A DNA stretch of 64,000 nt from the NCBI GenBank assembly GCA_963836665.1, contig CAWIKL010000001.1:1999818-2063817 (forward strand), given 5' to 3'. The notes under the pieces are model-generated. The model saw only the letters and a list, made by a program, of their open reading frames with translations. It had not been told where the DNA came from and did no database searches. Source of the stretch: an uncultured Acidobacteriota bacterium (GTDB taxonomy: Bacteria; Acidobacteriota; Vicinamibacteria; Vicinamibacterales; 2-12-FULL-66-21). Below, piece after piece: positions 46,861 to 56,029 of the stretch (the first letter of the stretch is position 1; every line of letters begins with the position of its first letter). The position numbers and the translations under genes were made by a program.

Positions 46861-46990
46861 GTGACAATCGCCGATTGCAGACTGAAGAATGATGGATTGA
46901 CGATTGGATTGACAATCGCCAATCCAATCGTCAATCGTCACTCTGCAGTCCGTGAATCTTCAATCTGCAATCGGCAATCGCCAATTACCA
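46861..46990. repeat. cluster of CAATC/GATTG heptamer-spaced repeats, including a perfect 17-bp-stem hairpin (46895-46911 / 46920-46936)
   Basis: Read directly. GATTG occurs at 46873, 46895, 46902 and 46907. CAATC occurs at 46865, 46913, 46920, 46925, 46932, 46961, 46968 and 46975, plus a partial AATC at 46955 and a variant CAATT at 46982. Spacing is mostly 7 nt. The cluster starts immediately after the htrA stop. Local GC is far below the window average. Confidence 0.8.
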
Positions 46991-47827
46991 GCTTCCGCCT
47001 GGGTCGGTCTCGCGATCATTGCGATCTCCGAGGCCGGCATGCTCGCTCGAATCGAGCCGTTCTGGTCCTGGCACACGCCGATCGCCTGGACTGGATTCAT
47101 CTATTTCGTCGACGGCGTGATCTGGCGGATTCGCGGCGAGTCGCCGATCCGCAACGATCGTGCCGAGATGGCGTTCATCGCGCTGGCGAGCATTCCGTTG
47201 TGGGTCGTCTTCGAGCTCTATAACAAGTACACGCTGCACAACTGGCACTACGTCGGCCTGCCCGACGTGCTGCTGTTACGAGACTTCGGCTACGCGTGGG
47301 CGTTCGCCACCATCTGGCCGGCCATCTTCGAGACGTCCGAGCTGGTCAGCTGCCTACGCGATCGCCGCGCGCCTCCGTTCCGCCGCACGGCACCGAGGCG
47401 GGTGCCGCTCGACGCCATCGGCTGGCTCAGCGTCGCGGCCGGCGCCGCCATGCTGGCGTGGCCGATCGTGCACCCGTCGCCGTGGCTCGCCGCGCCGGTC
47501 TGGCTCGGTTTCATCTTGCTGCTCGACCCCCTCAACGCGCACCTGGGCGCCGAGTCACTGCGTGGCGACGTCGCGGCAGGTCACTACGGCCGGCTGGTGA
47601 ACCTGTCCTGGGGCGGCCTGGCATGCGGCCTGCTCTGGGAGTGCTGGAATTACTGGGCCCACACCAAATGGGTCTACACGGTGCCGGTTCCGCCGCACAT
47701 CAAGCTCTTCGAAATGCCCCTTGCCGGCTACCTCGGCTTTCCCGCCTTTGCTGTCGAATGCTTCGTCATGTACGTTTTCGTGCGCGAGTGGCTGTGGCGT
47801 GGAGCCTCGCGGCCGATCGCACTATAA
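46952..47827 (+). CDS. hypothetical polytopic membrane protein (about 291 aa; start uncertain)
   Basis: Six to eight hydrophobic segments, Trp-rich. GC3 is lower than in the neighbours. The GTG at 46952 lies inside the repeat cluster; an ATG at 47038 is an alternative start. Confidence 0.55.
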   Translation: MNLQSAIGNRQLPASAWVGLAIIAISEAGMLARIEPFWSWHTPIAWTGFIYFVDGVIWRIRGESPIRNDRAEMAFIALASIPLWVVFELYNKYTLHNWHYVGLPDVLLLRDFGYAWAFATIWPAIFETSELVSCLRDRRAPPFRRTAPRRVPLDAIGWLSVAAGAAMLAWPIVHPSPWLAAPVWLGFILLLDPLNAHLGAESLRGDVAAGHYGRLVNLSWGGLACGLLWECWNYWAHTKWVYTVPVPPHIKLFEMPLAGYLGFPAFAVECFVMYVFVREWLWRGASRPIAL

Positions 47828-47828
47828 T
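47823..47828 (+). promoter_or_regulatory. consensus -10 hexamer TATAAT, 9 nt upstream of the ATG at 47838
   Basis: Read directly: gcacTATAATccgccccttATG. It overlaps the TAA stop of the upstream gene. A weak -35 (TGGAGC) lies at 17-nt spacing. Confidence 0.4.
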
Positions 47829-47837
47829 CCGCCCCTT

Positions 47838-48398
47838 ATGGGCACGACGACGCTCGAGCGCGAGGTGAAGTTGCGGTTCGACTCGGTCGAGCAGGCGCGC
47901 GAGGCGATCGAGGCCGCCGGCGCCACTCCCTTGCTTGGCCGCCGCCTCCAGGAAGACGCTCTGCTGGACGACGAGGACGAGACGCTGCGCCGCCGCGGCT
48001 GCGCGCTGCGCATCCGCTCCGAGAACGGCAAGAGCCGGATTACCTTCAAGGGGCCGATCCAGGCGTCGGGAATGAAGTTGCGGGACGAATTCGAGACCCT
48101 AGTCGGTGACGGCGCGCTGCTGCAGCGCATCTTCGAGGAGCTGGGCTATCACGTCTGGTTCCGCTATGAAAAGTATCGCGAGGAATACGCCCACCAAGAC
48201 GTGATCGTCGCCATCGACGAGACGCCGGTGGGCGTCTACGTCGAGATCGAAGGCGGCGAACAGGGGATCACGGCGATGGCCGAGCGGCTCGGGCGCGGGG
48301 CCGGCGACTACGTGCTCGACTCGTACCGCGGGCTGTTCCTGCAGCTGCGGGAGTCGCACGGTCTCACCGGGTCGGATATGGTCTTCTCGCCGGAGTGA
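47838..48398 (+). CDS. CYTH-domain protein (class IV adenylate cyclase / triphosphatase family, 186 aa)
   Basis: N-terminal EREVKL (ExExK signature), followed by LRIR...ITFKGP and IDETPVGVYVEIEG, typical of CyaB/ThTPase folds. Confidence 0.8.
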   Translation: MGTTTLEREVKLRFDSVEQAREAIEAAGATPLLGRRLQEDALLDDEDETLRRRGCALRIRSENGKSRITFKGPIQASGMKLRDEFETLVGDGALLQRIFEELGYHVWFRYEKYREEYAHQDVIVAIDETPVGVYVEIEGGEQGITAMAERLGRGAGDYVLDSYRGLFLQLRESHGLTGSDMVFSPE

Positions 48399-49384
48399 GC
48401 GTTCCTCTCTCCTCGGAGGTCGCGCCGCGCGCTCTGGTGCTGGCAGCGGGGCTGGGGACGCGGCTGCGGCCGCTGACGCTCGCCCGGGCGAAGGCCGCGG
48501 CGCCGGTCGATGGCGATGCGCTGGCGCGGCGGACGATTCGCTGGCTGGTTGGGCATGGCATCCGCGATCTCGTCCTCAACCTGCATCACAAACCGGAGAC
48601 GATTGCCGCGGCGGTCGGCGACGGGCAGGATCTCGGGGCGCGCGTGCGCTATTCCTGGGAATCGTCCGTCCTCGGGTCGGCGGGCGGCCCGCGTCATGCG
48701 CTACCGCTGATCCTGGACGGGCGCAGGCCGTCCCCTGCGGGTGGCGCAGGGGTGGCGGCCGACACGTTCGTCCTGGTCAACGGCGACACGCTGACCGACG
48801 TCGATCTGCCGGCGATGATCCGTCACCACCACGAGCGCGGTGCCCTGGTGTCGATGGCGCTCATCCCCAATCCGCGTCCGGACAAGTACGGCGGCGTGCT
48901 GGTAGACGAGCGCGGCGCGATCACCGCGTTCACCAGGCGCGGCAGTCCCGGACCGTCGTTGCATTTCATCGGCCCGCAGGTGGTGCACGCGTCGGTGTTC
49001 GCGGATCTGCCCGACGGGGTGCCGAGCGAGTCCGTTCTCGAGGTGTATCCGCGCCTGATGCGCGAGCGGCCTGGTTCGGTGATCGGGTTTGCCGGCGACT
49101 GGACGTTCCAGGACATTGGCACGCCCGCCGACCTGCTGGCGACGTCGCTGGCGCTGGCGGCCGCCGACGGGCGCGCGGATCGCCCGCGCTGGGGCCGCGG
49201 CGTACGTGTCGATCCCTCCGCGCGCGTGAGGCGCTCGGTGCTGTGGGACGCGGTGACGATCGCCGCCGGCGCGGAGATCGTCGAATGCGTGATCGCCGAC
49301 GGCGTGGCGATTCCAGCGGGCGCGCGTTACCTACGGTCGGCGATCGTGAATGGTCCCGCCGGCCTCGTCGTCGCCGCGCTCTGA
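48395..49384 (+). CDS. sugar-1-phosphate nucleotidyltransferase with a C-terminal left-handed beta-helix (329 aa)
   Basis: ALVLAAGLGTRLRPLTLARAKAAAPV (G-x-G-T-R-x-x-P-x-T-x-x-x-P-K-like). The GTG start overlaps the CYTH stop (GTGA). Confidence 0.75.
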   Translation: MSVPLSSEVAPRALVLAAGLGTRLRPLTLARAKAAAPVDGDALARRTIRWLVGHGIRDLVLNLHHKPETIAAAVGDGQDLGARVRYSWESSVLGSAGGPRHALPLILDGRRPSPAGGAGVAADTFVLVNGDTLTDVDLPAMIRHHHERGALVSMALIPNPRPDKYGGVLVDERGAITAFTRRGSPGPSLHFIGPQVVHASVFADLPDGVPSESVLEVYPRLMRERPGSVIGFAGDWTFQDIGTPADLLATSLALAAADGRADRPRWGRGVRVDPSARVRRSVLWDAVTIAAGAEIVECVIADGVAIPAGARYLRSAIVNGPAGLVVAAL

Positions 49385-49416
49385 AAAAGGGGCGACCGCA
49401 ATTACCATAGACGCCG

Positions 49417-50427
49417 ATGGACAAGCGTCACCAGGACGACACGCGAGAGCGGATCCAAGGCTACCTCGACCGTAGCGCGCTGACCGGGGCTAAGCCGCGC
49501 GTCGTGCCGTTGACGCCCGACGCCTCCGACCGGCGCTACTTCCGCATCCAGCTCCCCGACGCGCCATCAATCGTCCTCTCGCTCTACTCGGCGCCATTCG
49601 ACGTCACCGCGCTGCCGTTCGTCAATGTCGCGACGCTGCTGGCCAAGATGCCGGTCCCAATCCCGGCGGTGCTGGGGCACGCCGACGATCTCGGTGTGCT
49701 CGCGCTGCAGGACCTTGGCGACGTCACGCTGCAGGCGCACCTGGGCGCCGCCAGCCCCTCCCAGCATGCCGCGCTCTACCGTCAGGCGGTCGCCCTCATC
49801 GCGACGCTGCAGAAGCGCGGGCAGGAGCTGGCCTCGCCGGACTACCTTCCCTACGGCGTTTCCTTCGATGTCGAGAAACTGACGTGGGAGCTCGACTTCT
49901 TCACGAAGCATTTCCTCGAGGCCTACCGCGGAGTCACCCTCGCCGACGATCAGCGCGCCGAACTGCGGGAGGAGTTCGCCACGATCGTGCAGGAGCTTGC
50001 CGCCGAGCCGCGCGTGCTCTGCCATCGCGACTATCACAGCCGCAACCTGATGCTGTTCGACGGGCAGCTCTACCTGATCGATTTCCAGGACGCGCGCATG
50101 GGGCCGGACACCTACGACCTGGTGTCGCTGCTGCGCGATTCCTACGTCGATCTCACCGATCAGACGGTCGAGGAGTTGATCGCCTACTTCCTGGCGCTGA
50201 AGGGCACGCCTGACGCTGCGGACTTCCGCCGGCGGTTCAACATGATGGCGCTGCAGCGCAACCTGAAAGCACTCGGCACTTTCGGCTACCAAACGACCGC
50301 GCGTGCCAACCCCGTCTACATCCAGTACATCCCGCGCACGCTGCGTTATGTCCGCCGCAACCTGGCGCTGCCCCGTTTCGAGGGATTGCGCGAGCTCCTG
50401 GGGGCGCACGTCGAGGAATTCCGATAG
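49417..50427 (+). CDS. APH-family phosphotransferase (anomeric sugar kinase AmgK-like, 336 aa)
   Basis: Catalytic loop LCHRDYHSRNLML and metal-binding LIDFQDA. Adjacency to a nucleotidyltransferase resembles the AmgK/MurU pairing. Confidence 0.65.
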   Translation: MDKRHQDDTRERIQGYLDRSALTGAKPRVVPLTPDASDRRYFRIQLPDAPSIVLSLYSAPFDVTALPFVNVATLLAKMPVPIPAVLGHADDLGVLALQDLGDVTLQAHLGAASPSQHAALYRQAVALIATLQKRGQELASPDYLPYGVSFDVEKLTWELDFFTKHFLEAYRGVTLADDQRAELREEFATIVQELAAEPRVLCHRDYHSRNLMLFDGQLYLIDFQDARMGPDTYDLVSLLRDSYVDLTDQTVEELIAYFLALKGTPDAADFRRRFNMMALQRNLKALGTFGYQTTARANPVYIQYIPRTLRYVRRNLALPRFEGLRELLGAHVEEFR

Positions 50428-50519
50428 TTGAATCCCTAATCGTTTGATCGCTGATCCTGGATCGCTCATCGCGAATCCCGCATCGCGAATCCCCGTCTCG
50501 GGAATCCGCATCCTGAATC
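50428..50519. repeat. about 13 tandem degenerate heptamers (consensus SNNNATC: gctGATC, gctCATC, gcgAATC, ccgCATC ...)
   Basis: The terminal C of each ATC motif is at 50434, 50441, 50449, 50456, 50463, 50470, 50477, 50484, 50491, (50498), 50506, 50512 and 50519, that is, 7-nt periodicity. The array starts right after the TAG stop at 50425-50427. Confidence 0.8.
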
Positions 50520-50562
50520 GGCTCAGGGCTGCGAAGCGGTGTACAATGAGGGGTTCCCCACA

Positions 50563-51396
50563 ATGCGCTTCGGCATTTCGACACACCTGTTTCACGAGCA
50601 GCGACTCAGCCGCGACCATCTGGCGCAAATCGCCGCGTACGGGTTCGAGGCGGTCGAGGTGTTCGCGACGCGGACTCACTTCGACTACCACGACCCTGCG
50701 GCGATCGCCGAGCTGGGGACGTGGCTGAAGGAAACGGGTCTGGCGCTGCACGGCATCCACGCGCCGATTACCGATCGGCTGGACCCCGGTGACAAGTGGG
50801 GCGACGTCATCTCGAACGGCGTCAGCGACAACGCCAAGCGGCGGACGGCAGTGCAGGAAGCGGCGGCCGCGCTGGCCATCGCCAGGACGATTCCGACCGA
50901 CGTCTTCGTGGTGCACCTGGGCACGCCGACCGTGCAGGGTGGGGAGAACAACCGCGGCGCGGCCCTGCGCAGTGCGGAAGACATCTGCCGGCTGGCGGAA
51001 CCGCTCGAAATTCGCGTCGCGCTCGAGGTGATCCCAAACCCGCTGTCGGACGCGGCCTCGCTCGTGGCGATGCTCGAACGCGATCTCGACGCGCCGCGGG
51101 CCGGCATCTGCCTCGACTTCGGGCACGCGTTCCTGATGGGGGACGTCGCCGACACGATCGAGACCGTCGCCGAACACCTGATCACGACCCACGTGCACGA
51201 CAACGCCGGCAAGAAAGACGAGCACCTGGTGCCCTTCGACGGGCGGATCAACTGGGACGTGGCCCTGATGACCATGCAGAAGGTCGGCTACGACGGAACA
51301 TACCTGATGGAGCTGGCCAACACCGGCTCGCCCGCCGGCGTCCTCAAGCAGGCTCAGGCCGCGCGGCAGCGCTTCGAGAAACTGTTGGCCTACTGA
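50563..51396 (+). CDS. sugar phosphate isomerase/epimerase (xylose-isomerase-like TIM barrel, 277 aa)
   Basis: [10 protein letters not shown]..., E..E..H..D..E metal-ligand pattern ([24 protein letters not shown]). A GTG at 50539 is an alternative start. Confidence 0.75.
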   Translation: MRFGISTHLFHEQRLSRDHLAQIAAYGFEAVEVFATRTHFDYHDPAAIAELGTWLKETGLALHGIHAPITDRLDPGDKWGDVISNGVSDNAKRRTAVQEAAAALAIARTIPTDVFVVHLGTPTVQGGENNRGAALRSAEDICRLAEPLEIRVALEVIPNPLSDAASLVAMLERDLDAPRAGICLDFGHAFLMGDVADTIETVAEHLITTHVHDNAGKKDEHLVPFDGRINWDVALMTMQKVGYDGTYLMELANTGSPAGVLKQAQAARQRFEKLLAY

Positions 51397-51397
51397 G

Positions 51398-52695
<1,298 letters not shown>

Positions 52696-52696
<1 letters not shown>

Positions 52697-54117
52697 TGAA
52701 AATCGGCTTCATCTCCCTCGGCTGCCCGAAGAACCTCGTCGACGGCGAGGTGATGCTGGGTATGGCGCAGCAGGCCGGTCACGAGATCACGCCCGAGGCG
52801 CGGGACGCCGACGTCCTGGTGGTCAACACCTGCGCCTTCATCGACAACGCCAAGCAGGAGTCGATCGACGCCATCCTCGAGATGGCGCAGTACAAGCGTG
52901 CGGGCACGGCCTCGCGCCTCGTCGTCACCGGCTGCCTGGCCGAACGCTACCGCGATGAATTGCGCCGGGAGATCCCGGAGATCGACGCGTTGCTCGGGAC
53001 CGGCGAACTGCCGGGCATCGTCGAGGCGCTGGATGGGATGGGCGAGGGGCGAACGGCGAGGGGCGATGGGTCGACGAACGCGAACGCCCAGGTTCGGCCT
53101 CTCACCTTTCACAAGAAGTCCCTCGCGCCTCGCCCCTCGCCCCTCGCCTCCCGCGCGCAACCACCGACGTATCTCTACGACGCTTCGACGCCGCGTCTCC
53201 TGACGACCCCGCGGCACTTCGCCTACGTCAAGGTCGCTGAAGGCTGCGACTACACCTGCGCCTTCTGCATCATCCCGACGCTGCGCGGCGCGTACCGCAG
53301 CCGCGCCCACGACTCGGTGATTGCCGAGGCACGGGCGCTGGCGGCGCGCGGCGTCAAAGAATTGCTGCTGATCTCGCAGGACACGACCTTCTACGGCATC
53401 GATCGACAGGAGCGCGGCGCGCTGGCGAAGCTGCTGCGCGAGCTCAACACCGTCGACGGCCTCGAATGGATCCGCCTGCTCTATCTCTACCCGACGACGA
53501 TCACCGACGACGTCCTCGACGCGATGGCCGAGTGCGAGAAGGTCTGCCGCTACGTCGACCTGCCGCTGCAGCACGCCTCGGCCGAGGTGCTCAAGCGGAT
53601 GCGGCGGCCCGGCAATCGGCGGACCTACGACGCGCTGCTGGCGCGGATCCGCGCGCGCGTCCCTGGCGTCACTCTGAGGACGACCTTCATCGTCGGCTTC
53701 CCGGGCGAGACCGAGGCCGAGTTCGCCGAACTCGAGGCATTCGTCGCGGACACGCGGTTCGACCACATCGGTGTCTTCACCTACTCGCACGAGGAAGGCA
53801 CCCGCGCCCACGCCGCCGCCGACGACGTGCCGGCGGTGACCAAGCGCAAACGCCGCGACGCGATCATGAAGCGGCAGCAGCGCATCGTTGCGACCCGCCA
53901 GCAGGCGATGCTCGGCTCGGAGGTCTGCGTACTCATCGACGGTCCGTCGCCGGAGCACGAACTGGTGATCCACGGACGCCTCGAAGGCCAGGCGCCCGAC
54001 ATCGATCCGCTCGTCTATCTGACTGACAGCGATCCGTCGGCTTACGAGGGTGGTCAGCTCATCCGTGCGCGCGTGGTCGGCGCGCAGGGCTACGATCTGC
54101 TGGTGTCTCCTGTTTGA
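52696..54117 (+). CDS. rimO: ribosomal protein S12 methylthiotransferase RimO (473 aa, with an insert of about 40 aa)
   Basis: MKIGFISLGCPKNLVDGEVMLG (MTTase N-domain), radical-SAM CDYTCAFCIIP, and a TRAM domain at the C-terminus. The ATG overlaps the asnS stop by 1 nt (TGATG). Confidence 0.9.
53035..53155. repeat. inverted heptamer-repeat element inside rimO: (GGCGAGG-like)x4 at 53041-53068 and (CCTCGCC)x4 at 53121-53148
   Basis: Read directly. GGCGAGGGGCGA (53041-52 and 53055-66) is the exact reverse complement of TCGCCCCTCGCC (53130-41 and 53137-48). Confidence 0.8.
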
Positions 54118-54237
54118 CGGCCTCGACCTTCAAAGGGCCCCCGGCCCGCAGGGGAATTGGGATCGTTCAGGTTGCTGCCTCCGTCAGGCGTCAGATCCTG
54201 TATACTGGAAGGCGCTAGGTGCGAGGGGTTGTCTGAT

Positions 54238-54266
54238 AGTGGGCCGGTTGCCCACTTTTTGTGTTT
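54238..54266 (+). terminator. intrinsic terminator/attenuator: 7-bp stem AGTGGGC-cggtt-GCCCACT followed by TTTTGTGTTT
   Basis: Read directly. It lies 120 nt after the rimO stop and immediately at or over the likely rimP start. Confidence 0.65.
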
Positions 54267-54783
54267 CAGGGGCCGAATTACGCCGAAAGCTGAGGAAATC
54301 GCCCGCCTGCGCCAAGCAGCCGAGCGCGTGGCCGCAAGCCACGGACTCGAGGTGTTCGACCTACAGGTGCGGCGCGAGCCCATCGGCATGGTGTTCCGCG
54401 TGGTCATCGATCGACCGGATCCCGGGCGAGTGGAAAGGCTCGAAGAGAGTGTCGGCATCGAGGACTGCCAGCGCGTCAGTCAGGACCTGAGCGCACTGCT
54501 CGACGTCGAGGACGAGTTTGGCGAGCAGGACCTCGCCGACAAGTACACGTTGGAGGTGTCGTCGCCGGGGCTGGATCGGCCGCTCCGGCATGAGGCGGAC
54601 TACCGGCGCTTCGCCGGCCGGCTCGCCAAGATCGTGACGGCCGAGCCGATCGAACGCCAGAGTGCGTTCGCGGGGCGGATCGCGGCGATCGACGACGGCG
54701 CCGTGATCCTCGAAGAAGGTCGCAGGACGCACCGGGTGCCGCTCGACAAGATCAAGCGCGCGCATCTGGACGTGGAATTTTAG
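54259..54783 (+). CDS. rimP: ribosome maturation factor RimP (start uncertain)
   Basis: LEVFDLQV...VVIDRPD...VGIEDCQRVSQDLSALLD...YTLEVSSPGLDRPL matches RimP. Codons between the ATG at 54157 and about 54258 are rich in rare codons (agg, aga, ata, tgt, agt), so that stretch is judged non-coding. TTG 54259, ATT 54277 and GTG 54328 are possible starts. Confidence 0.7.
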   Translation: MCFRGRITPKAEEIARLRQAAERVAASHGLEVFDLQVRREPIGMVFRVVIDRPDPGRVERLEESVGIEDCQRVSQDLSALLDVEDEFGEQDLADKYTLEVSSPGLDRPLRHEADYRRFAGRLAKIVTAEPIERQSAFAGRIAAIDDGAVILEEGRRTHRVPLDKIKRAHLDVEF

Positions 54784-54819
54784 ATACAGCCGGGTGTCGG
54801 ACCTGGCGAGAGAACGAAG

Positions 54820-56014
<1,195 letters not shown>

Positions 56015-56029
56015 GGAATCGCAAAACTA

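Noticed and set aside
50428-50519. The heptamer arrays (also at 46861, 53041 and 60625) considered as a CRISPR array or as plasmid-type iterons.
   Set aside because: The units are only 7 nt, contiguous, degenerate and without spacers. There are no cas genes and no replication or partition genes nearby.
54201-54206. TATACT at 54201 as a confident promoter -10 box.
   Set aside because: No acceptable -35 hexamer exists at 16-19 nt spacing (TTGCTG is 23 nt away), and the TG is misplaced for an extended -10. It is kept only as part of the attenuator hypothesis.
54157-54258. The ATG at 54157 as the rimP start (208-aa version).
   Set aside because: The first about 34 codons are full of codons that are rare here (agg, aga, ata, tgt, tct, agt, ttt). 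They contain a terminator hairpin and add an N-terminus with no counterpart in RimP.
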